From NCBI GenBank assembly GCA_034431315.1, contig DAOUDK010000034.1:28053-92052 (forward strand): 64,000 nt of DNA, in the 5' to 3' direction. This document shows positions 33,678 to 43,348 of the stretch, in pieces. The position numbers and the translations under genes are program-made. This stretch comes from Anaerolineae bacterium (GTDB lineage: Bacteria > Chloroflexota > Anaerolineae > VGOG01). Position 1 is the first letter of the stretch; every line of letters begins with the position of its first letter. The notes under the pieces are model-generated. The model was given only the letters and a program-made list of their open reading frames with translations, did no database searches and was not told where the DNA came from.

Positions 33678-35021
33678 CTATCCCTTTCCCCGCTTCCTGA
33701 AACTCAACCTCAGCGGCGTTCCCAGAAAACCGTAATGCTCCCTCAGCCGGTTCTCCAGGTAGCGTTTGTAGGAGAAGTGCACCAGGCGTGGGTCGTTGAC
33801 GAAGAAGACGAAGGTAGGAGGATCAACGGCAGCCTGGGTGGCGTAGTAGAACTTCAGCCGCTTGCCGGCCTTGCTGGGCGGGGAGTGGCGAGCTACAGCT
33901 TCCCGCAGGATGCGGTTTAGCTCGGCGGTGGAGATGCGGATCAGGCGCGCATCCTGGACGCGCAGGGAGGTGGGCAACACCTGATCCACCCGCTGGCCGG
34001 TCAGCGCCGAGATGAAGAGCATGGGCACGTAGTCAAGAAAGCGCAGGACAGTGTACACATGCTCTACGTAAATCTGCATGGTGTAGGTATCCTTCTCCAC
34101 CAAGTCCCATTTGTTGACCACCACTACCACGCTTTTGGCTTCCTCCAGGATATAGCCGGCGATGTGAGCATCCTGGGCGGTGGCTCCCTCCACGGCATCT
34201 ATGAGGAGCAGCACCACGTCGGCTCGATTTATGGCCCTCAGTGCTCTCAGCACACTGTATTTTTCCACCCCTCGCTGGATACTACCCTTCCTGCGAATGC
34301 CGGCCGTGTCTATGAGCACCAGCGGCTCGCCCTCCCATTCCAACTGGGTATCAATCGCGTCCCGAGTGGTGCCTGGGACATCGTGGACGATGGACCGCTC
34401 CTGGCCCAGGATTTTGTTGAGCAGGGAGGACTTGCCCACGTTGGGCCGCCCGACAATGGCGATTTTGACTGCCTCCAGTTCCTCCTCTTCCTCCTCGACA
34501 GGGAAGGCAGCCACTACCTGATCCAACAGGTCGCCGGTGCCTGTGCCGTGCAGGGCCGAGATGGGATACAGCTCGCCCAGGCCCAGGGCGTAGAACTCCA
34601 CCGCCGCCTCTCGGCGGGCCTGGCTTTCGGCCTTGTTGACGGCCAGCAACACCGGCTTGGCTGTGCGGCGAAGCACCTGAGCCACCTCCTCATCGTTTGC
34701 TGTCAGCCCGTCCTTGACATCAACCAGGAAGAGAATCACATCGGCCTCGGCAATGGCCGTCTGCACCTGGGCTCGCACCTGGGCCATGAGATCATTCCCC
34801 AACATCTTTTGAGCTTTGAGCTTTGAACTTTGAAGTTCAAGTCCCCCCGTGTCCACCAGGGTGAAGCTCACCCCGCCCCACTCGGCTTCGGCGTAGAGGC
34901 GGTCGCGGGTCGTGCCTGGAACCTCATGGGTGATGGCCAGGCGCTTCCCCACCAGCCTGTTGAATAGAGTTGACTTGCCAACGTTGGGCCTACCAACGAT
35001 GGCTACGATGGGTTTAGGCAT
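33678..35021 (-). CDS. der: ribosome-associated GTPase Der (EngA), tandem GTPase domains
   Basis: Two G-domains: GRPNVGKSTL...DTGG and GRPNVGKSSL...DTAG, NKxD motifs, C-terminal KH-like domain. Confidence 0.9.
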   Translation of the reverse strand: MPKPIVAIVGRPNVGKSTLFNRLVGKRLAITHEVPGTTRDRLYAEAEWGGVSFTLVDTGGLELQSSKLKAQKMLGNDLMAQVRAQVQTAIAEADVILFLVDVKDGLTANDEEVAQVLRRTAKPVLLAVNKAESQARREAAVEFYALGLGELYPISALHGTGTGDLLDQVVAAFPVEEEEEELEAVKIAIVGRPNVGKSSLLNKILGQERSIVHDVPGTTRDAIDTQLEWEGEPLVLIDTAGIRRKGSIQRGVEKYSVLRALRAINRADVVLLLIDAVEGATAQDAHIAGYILEEAKSVVVVVNKWDLVEKDTYTMQIYVEHVYTVLRFLDYVPMLFISALTGQRVDQVLPTSLRVQDARLIRISTAELNRILREAVARHSPPSKAGKRLKFYYATQAAVDPPTFVFFVNDPRLVHFSYKRYLENRLREHYGFLGTPLRLSFRKRGKG

Positions 35022-35027
35022 ACTTGC

Positions 35028-36752
35028 TCACTTGCTCACTTTCACTGGCACCTCGCAAGGCTCGAGGTAGTTTCCGTCTTTCTTGACTACCACCAAACGG
35101 AACCAGTAATTTCCAGCAGGTAAGTCCGAAGTGTCCCAAACGCCCAGGAGGTCATCAGTCACAGGTTCCCCAAACTGTTGCAGGAACGACCAGTCGGATA
35201 CCCCCTCGCGGCGATACTCGAACTTGTAATAGCCGAAGCCATCGTTGATGGCGTCAACGTGGGCAGAACCAAGAATCTGGACTTGGCCCTTCAACACGGC
35301 GTTCACTGTGGGATAAGTGAGGCGAGCTCCGGGATCGGGGCACTCGGCCAGGAGGGCAGGCGTGGGTGTGGGGGAGGGTACAGGTGTGGGGGTAGGATGC
35401 GGCGGCGTTGGGGTAAGCGTCTCCATGGGTTCTGGCGTCTCGGCAGGTTCTGGCGTCTCGGTAGGTTCTGGCGTCTCAGTAGGTTGCGGCGTCTCGGTAG
35501 GTTGCGGCGTCTCGGTAGGTTCTAGCGTCTTGGTCGGGGCGAGGGAGGGGCCGATGTTTATCTCTACCTCGATGGTATCCGGCAGGATGCTCTCTACCTT
35601 GAGTCCTTCAGGCACGACGACTTCGGGCGTTATCTTGTAGGTACCCGACTGCAGGTCGAAGAGGCCCAGGATGACCTGCACATCCTCCGGCTTCAGCGCA
35701 TCCAGCTTGGGCACGGGGCCTGAGAGGATGACGTCCACCACTTCGGGCGACGGCGTGGCGTTCAGGCCTGGCTGTAATCCCTGGATGACCATTTCCCGCT
35801 GCACCGTCAGACTGCTTTCGATGGCCGTCACGCTGATTGTAACGAGGACAGATTGTTCACCCAGCACGGTGACGCCCTGGGGCAGGGTCAGAGTGACCCG
35901 CTCGACGACATCGGCGCTGGCCTCGCTGACGACGATGGGAGTTGTTTCCAGATAGCCGGGTATCCCCTCGATGGCCAGCGGGCTGCCGAAGATAATCGCG
36001 TTGGAAGGCTCGACAGAAACGCTGCTGATGCTGTGGCCGGGAGCTACTTCGCCCTCCACGATGGGTCTCACTGTTACTTCTTTATAGCCACGCCTCTGAT
36101 CAATGGGCACTCGCACCTCGACCTCAGGCGGGTCAACGTCTACCCAACCCACGGCCTCGCCTTCCTCGTTCCGTGCTGAGAGGTCTACCGGCCGCTCCAG
36201 GGTCTCTTTAGCTCCCCCCAGATAGATCTCAGCCACTAACTCACTCACCTGATCAACCATAGAGGCTGGCCCGCTCACCTTCGCTCTGGAAGGAGTGACG
36301 GCAGGAGCCCGAGCAACGTAGCCCAGGGGGGGATTATCCATGACCCTGGCCTGCACTCCTAACTCTTTCTCCCTATATTCTTCCAGTCGGATGCTGACCT
36401 CAGGGGGCTGCACCTCCAGGATGTTGACGAACCGATCGGTGCAGGTGACCTGGATCTCAATGTCATGCCGTCCGGCGGGCAATCCTTCCAGGTCAACAAA
36501 GGCTTCGAACTTCTCGGTACCCAACCTGTCCCAACTGATCTGAGGCGCTCGGACAACGACCCTGACACTCTTGACGACTTCGGGGAAGATGACCATGCCC
36601 TCGGCCTTGTTCAACACCTGGACAGGTATATTTTCGGGGAAGGTGCGCCTGGTGCTGGGGTTCTGTTCGTTGGTGGCTACCACCCAGACAGTGATCGCCA
36701 GGGCTATAGCCAAGGCCACTGAACCGAAATCGTTAAAAACCCGACGAATCAT
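35028..36752 (-). CDS. cdaR: YbbR-domain protein CdaR (regulator of diadenylate cyclase) with C-terminal Pro/Thr/Glu linker and extra domain
   Basis: N-terminal TM then repeated YbbR-like domains; immediately downstream of cdaA; linker TETPQPTETPQPTETPEPTETPEP encoded by 18-nt DNA tandem repeats. Confidence 0.7.
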   Translation of the reverse strand: MIRRVFNDFGSVALAIALAITVWVVATNEQNPSTRRTFPENIPVQVLNKAEGMVIFPEVVKSVRVVVRAPQISWDRLGTEKFEAFVDLEGLPAGRHDIEIQVTCTDRFVNILEVQPPEVSIRLEEYREKELGVQARVMDNPPLGYVARAPAVTPSRAKVSGPASMVDQVSELVAEIYLGGAKETLERPVDLSARNEEGEAVGWVDVDPPEVEVRVPIDQRRGYKEVTVRPIVEGEVAPGHSISSVSVEPSNAIIFGSPLAIEGIPGYLETTPIVVSEASADVVERVTLTLPQGVTVLGEQSVLVTISVTAIESSLTVQREMVIQGLQPGLNATPSPEVVDVILSGPVPKLDALKPEDVQVILGLFDLQSGTYKITPEVVVPEGLKVESILPDTIEVEINIGPSLAPTKTLEPTETPQPTETPQPTETPEPTETPEPAETPEPMETLTPTPPHPTPTPVPSPTPTPALLAECPDPGARLTYPTVNAVLKGQVQILGSAHVDAINDGFGYYKFEYRREGVSDWSFLQQFGEPVTDDLLGVWDTSDLPAGNYWFRLVVVKKDGNYLEPCEVPVKVSK

Positions 36753-36755
36753 ATC

Positions 36756-37580
36756 CTAAACCCTACTTGTCAATCGCCCAATCCAATCCAACCAGCGAGG
36801 CAACGCCCTGGGGAGCCGTGGCTTGAAAAAAGCCTGCAGGATCTTCCCCAGCCGCTTCACATCGAGGCGACGGATCATGCGGGCGTTGTGGGCGATGGAG
36901 ATGATGCCTGTCTCCTCGGAGACGATGATGGCAACGGCGTCGGTCTCCTCGGTTACACCCACCGCTGCCCGATGGCGGAGGCCCAGTTGACGATCAGGCA
37001 TAATATCGCCTGCCAGAGGCAACACGCAGCCGGCTGCTACTATCTGGTCCTCGCGGATGATGACCGCCCCATCGTGCAGGGCGGTGTTGGGGAAGAAGAT
37101 GGTCAAGAGGAGCTCAGTGGAGACTTTCCCACCTACCCTTATCCCCGTGTCAATGTACTCTTGCAGCCCCGTCTCCCGCTCCAGGACAATGAGAGCTCCG
37201 TGACGACGCTCCGCCAGGTGCTGGCAGGCCTGGCAGACTTCTTCGATCACTCGATCGCCGGTGGATTCCTGGCGGTTCGTTAAGAACCCTGCCCGCCCCA
37301 CGCGCTCCAGAGCCCGCCGCAGCTCGGGCTGGAAAATCACGGGGATGGCCACCAAAAGGGCAGAGAGCGAGCTCCGGATAAGCCAACTAAAGGCCGTTAA
37401 CTTCAGGACGCTAGTGATGAGGATAGTCAGCAAGACCACGATGATCACGCCCCGCAGTAACTGAACGGCCTGAGTGCCCTGCATCAAGCGGAACAGCGCG
37501 TAGAAAATCAGAGCTACCAGTAAGATATCAATTACGCTCAGCAGATTTAGGCGTGTAAACACCCAAAGAATATCGGACAA
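36756..37580 (-). CDS. cdaA: diadenylate cyclase CdaA (DisA_N domain)
   Basis: Three N-terminal TM helices then DAC domain with GALIV...LHDGAVII...RHRAA motifs; TTG start with GGAGAA RBS. Confidence 0.85.
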   Translation of the reverse strand: MSDILWVFTRLNLLSVIDILLVALIFYALFRLMQGTQAVQLLRGVIIVVLLTILITSVLKLTAFSWLIRSSLSALLVAIPVIFQPELRRALERVGRAGFLTNRQESTGDRVIEEVCQACQHLAERRHGALIVLERETGLQEYIDTGIRVGGKVSTELLLTIFFPNTALHDGAVIIREDQIVAAGCVLPLAGDIMPDRQLGLRHRAAVGVTEETDAVAIIVSEETGIISIAHNARMIRRLDVKRLGKILQAFFKPRLPRALPRWLDWIGRLTSRV

Positions 37581-37615
37581 GCCTGTTCTCCAGCTTGAAG
37601 CTCAAAGTTCAAAGT

Positions 37616-38542
37616 TCAAAGTTCAAAGTTCAAAAACAACGCCAGGATCGCTTTCTGGGCGTGCATACGATTCTCGGCCTGGTCGAAGAGCACCGAGTGC
37701 GGGCCGTCGGCTACCTCGTCGGTGATCTCCTGGCCACGGTGGGCGGGCAAGCAGTGCAGCACGATAGCGTCGGGCCTGGCTTGAGCCACCAGGGCGGCGT
37801 TGACCTGATAAGGAGAGAGGTCCTTCAGTCGCCCCTCGGTCTCCTCCTCCTGCCCCATGCTCACCCAAACGTCGGTGTAGATCACGTCGGCTCCGCGCAC
37901 GGCGGCGGTGGGATCGGTCAGCAGCTCAATCTTACTTCCGCTCTGAGCGGCGAATTCCCAGCCCAACTTCACCACGTCGTCGCCCAGCTCGTACCCTTCT
38001 GGCGAGGCCAAAGCTATATCCATGCCCACCTTGGCGGCGGCGAACAGTAGGGAGGCGGCCACGTTGTTGCCGTCGCCCACGTAGGCCAGCTTCGCACCCT
38101 TTAGCTCCCCCCGTTTCTCCCAGATGGTGAAGAGGTCCGACAAAGCCTGGCAGGGATGGTTGTAATCGGACAGGCCATTGATGACCGGCACCCGCGAATA
38201 AGCGGCCAGATCTTCAATATGTCTATGTGCGAACACCCGCGCCATGATGCCATCCACGTAGCGGGACAACACCCTGGCCACGTCCGCCACACTCTCCCGC
38301 GCTCCCAGCTTGATCTCGGCCGGCGAGAGATAGAGGGCCTGGCCTCCCAGGTGAATCATCCCCATCTCGAAGGACACCCGTGTTCGCAGGCTGGGCTTCT
38401 GGAAAATCATGCCCAGGGTCTTCCCTTTCAGAATGGGCTCGTTGCCGCCCTTCCGCCACTCCTCTTTTAGCTCCCTGGCCAGGTTCAATATCTGCCAGAC
38501 CTCGTCCGCCGACAGGTCAGCGATGCTAATCAAGTGTTTCAT
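37616..38542 (-). CDS. argF: ornithine carbamoyltransferase
   Basis: SLRTRVSFE (STRTR carbamoyl-phosphate binding), [10 protein letters not shown] (HCLP) motifs; start at ATG with TAGGAGG RBS (listed ORF start 38656 is an N-terminal over-extension). Confidence 0.9.
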   Translation of the reverse strand: MKHLISIADLSADEVWQILNLARELKEEWRKGGNEPILKGKTLGMIFQKPSLRTRVSFEMGMIHLGGQALYLSPAEIKLGARESVADVARVLSRYVDGIMARVFAHRHIEDLAAYSRVPVINGLSDYNHPCQALSDLFTIWEKRGELKGAKLAYVGDGNNVAASLLFAAAKVGMDIALASPEGYELGDDVVKLGWEFAAQSGSKIELLTDPTAAVRGADVIYTDVWVSMGQEEETEGRLKDLSPYQVNAALVAQARPDAIVLHCLPAHRGQEITDEVADGPHSVLFDQAENRMHAQKAILALFLNFEL

Positions 38543-38669
38543 GATCTGCCTCCTAAAAGCTGCTGATAACAGTATAGCGCTTAAGGCGAGGAATGTCAAG
38601 CATAAATAGACCCTTAGAGTTTTTGAAACCCTAAGGGTCTGAGTCTGCAGGAACAAACATCAAGCCCAT

Positions 38670-39161
38670 TTATTCAAGTACATGGACCGAAGGTGCTCGA
38701 ATAGAAGTGATGAGCGCATAACGGTAATCGTGCTCCAACCAGGCCAGTTCAAAGTCTCCGCGTGGCACAGCAATAGGCGCTTCAGAGTAATAGGGGTCGT
38801 TGACATACAACTGGCTTTCATCGTAACCCACGACCAACAGAGCATGGTCGGTGCTGTACGTCCAGTAAGGCAGTTCACCAGTGCGCACAAACACAATCGC
38901 CGGATGGCCCTGTTGCAGCATAGCCTCCAGGCCCACCATGTCGGTTTTGCTATAAACGACGTTCAAATTCAAGCTTGCCAGCAGACGGATGTTCCCAGCG
39001 GGAGCGCCGTGGGGTCTGATCTTCAGCAGACTCAGCAGTGCGGCATAATCCATCACGCGATCCAGATACGCTAGCACCATGGAGACGCAGGTGACCAGGC
39101 AATCGCCGTCACTCCGTTGCAGCAGATGCGGCACTGAGAGCAAGATTTTTGGCACGGGCAT
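38670..39161 (-). CDS. papain-like cysteine peptidase, C39-like stand-alone domain
   Basis: 163 aa; Cys in SDGDCLVTCVSM and His in DHALLVVGYD arranged as in peptidase C39-like / BtrH-like domains. Confidence 0.55.
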   Translation of the reverse strand: MPVPKILLSVPHLLQRSDGDCLVTCVSMVLAYLDRVMDYAALLSLLKIRPHGAPAGNIRLLASLNLNVVYSKTDMVGLEAMLQQGHPAIVFVRTGELPYWTYSTDHALLVVGYDESQLYVNDPYYSEAPIAVPRGDFELAWLEHDYRYALITSIRAPSVHVLE

Positions 39162-39657
39162 TTATCTCCGCAATCAATTGAGGGGCAACGTGCATCTGGC
39201 CGGTTTCCACATCCACGTCAATCGCGCCCACTTCTCCCACATCACCTCGGGAAGTGAGCGAAAGGATAACCGGCACGCGCCAGCAGATTCGCTCGCCTAC
39301 GACAAGCATTGAGTCGCCGGCGTGCAGCATGTAGCTGATATCACTCAATACGAAGTCGTTGACCTTTTGTTTGGCGGCATAAGCAGAGATGTGTATGTCT
39401 GCCGCCACCTTGATATCTACTTCCAGCCGTCCCGTTTTAGGCAAGGATTCTATTAGTGATACCATACCATAGCCAACGTGGCCTTCCCGCACAGCCTGCA
39501 CCGTGGTGGCTGCGTTGCGGGCGATCTCGGCTCGTCGTCGCTCTACTAGACGGCGCTGAATCAGGTCTGTCAACGTCTCCTGATCTTCCGGCGGCAGTTT
39601 ATCCACCACGTCCAGTGCTTGCTGAAATAACGAAGTCTTCGCCTGTTCCATAATCAC
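39109..39657 (-). CDS. hypothetical protein
   Basis: 182-aa ORF, overlaps downstream peptidase ORF by 53 nt; N-terminal helical region, no recognised motif. Confidence 0.4.
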   Translation of the reverse strand: MIMEQAKTSLFQQALDVVDKLPPEDQETLTDLIQRRLVERRRAEIARNAATTVQAVREGHVGYGMVSLIESLPKTGRLEVDIKVAADIHISAYAAKQKVNDFVLSDISYMLHAGDSMLVVGERICWRVPVILSLTSRGDVGEVGAIDVDVETGQMHVAPQLIAEINARAKNLALSAASAATE

Positions 39658-39761
39658 CTCCTGCCCGCGCCCCAGGCGCAGTTGCCTGTTGACATGCCTT
39701 AATTGAACTCAGTGTACCACAGAAAAGACTAAACGTCAAACACCAAGTAGGGTCTGCTGGC

Positions 39762-40643
39762 CTAGCGGATTGCCAATGCTGCCAGCAGCATCCCGGCCAT
39801 CAGAAAGGGGCGTGTCCGCCGCAAGTACCACAGCTCCACCTGGCCTTGGCCAAGAAAGGGCTGCAAGAGCATCTGGGGCAATAGCAGGAGGCCCATCACC
39901 CCGGCCACGACAGGCTGCCTCAGGAAGATGAGGAGGACGATGACAGCAGCTTGTGACGCTTTCAGCAGGACTAGCGAGGGCTTCCCACTATTCCTGGCCA
40001 ACTTGAGACAGCTATGATAGACCACTGTGTAGAGAGTTGCTAATAAGAACGACCACAAGGTGAGAGGCCCGAAAGCGATGTGCCCGGCCAGCCAGGCAAA
40101 TCCCATTTCCAGGATGGCTCGTAGGGACAGGGGAGGTGGGCTGTGTCGGTGGGCGCGAAGAAGGGCCAGCACCATGATGGCCAAGGCCGCCACGGTCAGG
40201 ATGATGACGCGCTGCCCCAGGATAATGGCCAGGATCAGCGTCAAAGGCAAGGCAACTACGAGGCCAACAAATGCTGGGCCCTGTCGCGGCCAAAAGACCG
40301 CTCGCCACCAGGCCAGCTTATGCCCCAGCCGACTGAAGATACGGTGGCTGGGCGAGCCCGGCGCGGTGTAGGGCAGGGCAGTCAGGCTGGCCTCCTGAGT
40401 TTGCGAGGGCCAATTGGAGGAGACAAACCAATCCCTCTCAGCGATCAGATGCCATAGGGTACCCCAGAGGGCGTCGGCCAGGAACAAAACTATCAGCAAG
40501 AACAGTAGGTTCTCGCCACTGAGCGTCAGCCAGCCGGAGGCCACAGCGCCGCACAGCGCCGCCCAAGCCGGGCCTAGCCAGGTAAGTGGCCGATTAACTT
40601 GCACCTCTAACTTCACCAGTGGCCCCAACACTCGATGCACCAA
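39762..40643 (-). CDS. polytopic membrane protein, hypothetical
   Basis: 293 aa with about 8 hydrophobic helices. Confidence 0.5.
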   Translation of the reverse strand: MVHRVLGPLVKLEVQVNRPLTWLGPAWAALCGAVASGWLTLSGENLLFLLIVLFLADALWGTLWHLIAERDWFVSSNWPSQTQEASLTALPYTAPGSPSHRIFSRLGHKLAWWRAVFWPRQGPAFVGLVVALPLTLILAIILGQRVIILTVAALAIMVLALLRAHRHSPPPLSLRAILEMGFAWLAGHIAFGPLTLWSFLLATLYTVVYHSCLKLARNSGKPSLVLLKASQAAVIVLLIFLRQPVVAGVMGLLLLPQMLLQPFLGQGQVELWYLRRTRPFLMAGMLLAALAIR

Positions 40644-40825
40644 TCTTCTCCCTTCGGGATGAAGTTGGGCATATTATACCACATTTTTCTTATCTTGTCG
40701 CATTTGAGCAAAGAGTAATGAGGCAATGAGTAACGGGGCAACGAGTTGCCTGTTACAGCGCGAAGTTAAAAGGGAGGGCGAAGAGCCCTCCCTTTTCGCA
40801 GGCAGTACCGGGTGTAACCTCAACG

Positions 40826-41857
40826 CTAGTCTTCAGAAGCCCCTTCCTCTTCAGACTCAGGTTCAGCTTCCTCGCCCTCGGCCTCAATCTCGGCCTCAAT
40901 CTCAACCAGGGCAGGTGGAACGCGGGTTGACAGAGGATAAGTCTGCCTGCCGAAGCGGGTCAGCACCACAGCCCCCAGGCCCGCGCAGCCCACGACGAAG
41001 CCAAAGATAGCCCCTAGACAGGGGATGGCGCGAAGCACAGAGATAAGCAATGTACCCGCCGCCACAGCCATCAGAGAGGTGATACCCCTGACATTGAAGG
41101 CTTCCAGTAACTTCCGGCCTACCAGCAACCCAATGGCGATCCAGCCGAAGATGCCTGCCACAAGCATAGCCACTCCCAGAAGGAAAGCCACCGGCGACAG
41201 GCAGATGGTGATGGCTAACAAGACTATCAAGACTACAGCCACCACGCCGGTCAACAGTCCGACGCCCGCACTCGGCAAGGGGGCGGCGAGGACGGCCTGG
41301 CCCATCACCTCCGTCTGCTTCGGCCAGAAGAGGACGACCAACAAGCCCAGGGCGGCCAGGGCCAGGGCCACAAAAATGTCCCTGAAGATATTGAAGATGG
41401 AGTGGGACCAGAGGTCAACATCTCTGTCAAAGCCGAATCTTGTGGGGAAGGCCCCAAAACGAGGGAAGCCTTCGAATTCCAGGCCCTCCACCTGACTGCC
41501 ACCAACGACAGCCCTATCGTCTCGCACGATATTGGCGCCGATGTTAACCAAATCCCCTTCCACGACGGCTGTTGCCCGGAGCACCAGGTTACCGCCGAAG
41601 GTGACCACATCACCATTTACCTCTCCGGCAACCCTGGCGCTACCTCCCATGACCACCACATTACCGTCAACCCGACTATTCTCCTCCAGGATCGCATTAC
41701 CGAAGAAGATCACCAGATCGCCATCCAGTTCCTTCCCCGACCCCAGGGTGAAATCACCGCCGAAGATAACCCTTCCACCATCTCCATCTGCAAAGACAGG
41801 CGTGGCCGAGAAGGCCAACAACAGTCCCAGCAGACAAGCAAGCAATACCTTTTTCAT
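40826..41857 (-). CDS. exported repeat protein (DUF4097/bactofilin-like beta-helix repeats) with C-terminal TM bundle and acidic tail, associated with ECF sigma module
   Basis: Signal peptide MKKVLLACLLGLLLAFSATPVFA after ATG with AAGGAGG RBS; repeats GDxVxxGG...; C-terminal hydrophobic segments; EIEAEIEAEGEEAEPESEEE tail. Confidence 0.55.
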   Translation of the reverse strand: MKKVLLACLLGLLLAFSATPVFADGDGGRVIFGGDFTLGSGKELDGDLVIFFGNAILEENSRVDGNVVVMGGSARVAGEVNGDVVTFGGNLVLRATAVVEGDLVNIGANIVRDDRAVVGGSQVEGLEFEGFPRFGAFPTRFGFDRDVDLWSHSIFNIFRDIFVALALAALGLLVVLFWPKQTEVMGQAVLAAPLPSAGVGLLTGVVAVVLIVLLAITICLSPVAFLLGVAMLVAGIFGWIAIGLLVGRKLLEAFNVRGITSLMAVAAGTLLISVLRAIPCLGAIFGFVVGCAGLGAVVLTRFGRQTYPLSTRVPPALVEIEAEIEAEGEEAEPESEEEGASED

Positions 41858-42031
41858 CGTAAGTACCTCCTTTGTTTTTGATAGTTCTCTTGGAAGGAGT
41901 AATGAGTCAACGAGTAACAGGTAACGAGTTTGCACTTTCCTCGTCACTTATTTCCCGTTCCTCATTACCCATTCCTCGTTCCTCACTCATTTCCCGTTGC
42001 CTCGTTACTTCCTTTCGCTTCACACCACCTC

Positions 42032-42598
42032 CTACCCATTATTGATCACTGGCTGATACCCGCCACGGCGCCCGGTCACCAGGCGAATCCAAAGGGCGGT
42101 CAAGGCGAGAACGAGGAAGGAATAGCCTAGCAGGGCTGGCTGGTTGAGGGAGGAGGAAAGGGCGGTGATTACCAGCCAGCAAGCCCCACCCAGGGATTCG
42201 GCCAGGTTGAGGAGTTGGGCCACTAATTTCGCCCCGTGGCTCAACAGAGAGGGCTCGGTGACCACCTGCCAGAGCAGGGCCAGCCACCTGACGATCTCAG
42301 GCAGAGCCAAGGCCCCCAGGCTCAGGCAGACTACCAGCAGCGCCGCCCCTGCCAAAAGCCTCTGCCGGCGGGCCTGGCGTCGAGCCAATCGCTGCATCAC
42401 CCTGTCCGCAAAGCCTGCGGGCGGCCCTATCAACGGCGCATCAGTGAAGAGTCGTGAGACTCGCTGCATGGCCTCCCATTCCCCCTGGCAAGTTGGGCAC
42501 TGCCTGAGATGCTCTTCCAGGCCACGGGCCTCAACCTGAGTTAAACTCTGATCCAGCGCTAACGACATCAACAGACCTACATCCTGACAATTTGCCAT
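42032..42598 (-). CDS. anti-sigma factor (zinc-finger, transmembrane)
   Basis: HLRQCPTCQ HxxxCxxC motif near N-terminus, followed by TM helices; directly downstream of ECF sigma gene. Confidence 0.65.
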   Translation of the reverse strand: MANCQDVGLLMSLALDQSLTQVEARGLEEHLRQCPTCQGEWEAMQRVSRLFTDAPLIGPPAGFADRVMQRLARRQARRQRLLAGAALLVVCLSLGALALPEIVRWLALLWQVVTEPSLLSHGAKLVAQLLNLAESLGGACWLVITALSSSLNQPALLGYSFLVLALTALWIRLVTGRRGGYQPVINNG

Positions 42599-42601
42599 CT
42601 T

Positions 42602-43186
42602 TCATCCCTCCGCCACAGTCCTCTGAGCCAGGGTCATCGCCTGCCTGCTCTGATGAGCCAGGGTCCCCTGGGCCAACATTCGCCGCGCTCGGTACAGCGT
42701 GGACTTCACCGCGCTCTCGGTGGTCTCCGTCGCCTCGGCGATCTCTTGATAGGAAAGGTCATACCAGTAGTGCAGGATCACTGCCGCCCGGTAGTGAGGG
42801 GGCAGTTGGTCCAACAACTGGTGTACCCCGTCGCGCTCCTGTCTTCGGATGACGATCTCCTCAGGCCGGCTGCTGCTGGACAGCCAGCGCCAGGGGGGCA
42901 GTTCATCCAGTGACAACGCAAACCGCCGCTGGCGCAAACGGTCTATGCAATGATGCGAAGCGATGGCCAGAAGCCAGGAGGAGAACTTCCTCTCCGAATC
43001 GTAGGTGTTCAGGCGGGTGTAGGCCTTGAGGAAAGCCTCCTGGGCGGCGTCCTCGGCTTCGGCTGCGTTACCCAACATGCGATAGGCCAGGTTGTAGACC
43101 GCAGTCTGGTAGGCTTTCACCAGGCAAGTAAAGGCTTCTTGATCGCCCGCCAGAGCTCTTTGAATCCAGACCTTCTCCTCTTCCAT
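42602..43186 (-). CDS. ECF-type RNA polymerase sigma factor
   Basis: sigma-70 region 2 (FTCLVKAYQTAVYNLAYRML..AEDAAQEAFLKAY) and region 4 (LPPHYRAAVILHYWYDLSYQEIAE). Confidence 0.85.
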   Translation of the reverse strand: MEEEKVWIQRALAGDQEAFTCLVKAYQTAVYNLAYRMLGNAAEAEDAAQEAFLKAYTRLNTYDSERKFSSWLLAIASHHCIDRLRQRRFALSLDELPPWRWLSSSSRPEEIVIRRQERDGVHQLLDQLPPHYRAAVILHYWYDLSYQEIAEATETTESAVKSTLYRARRMLAQGTLAHQSRQAMTLAQRTVAEG

Positions 43187-43348
43187 CTGTCTCCCCCTAT
43201 ATATACGTATTATACCGCAAAAAGTTGCACCTTAAAAATTCCAGAGTGGGGCTCAAAACGCTTGACTTTTCAAAGCAAACAGAGTATCCTATATCCAATA
43301 CTCGATATCTACTATCCAACATCTACAGGCAGTTCTGAGGAGGTTCAT

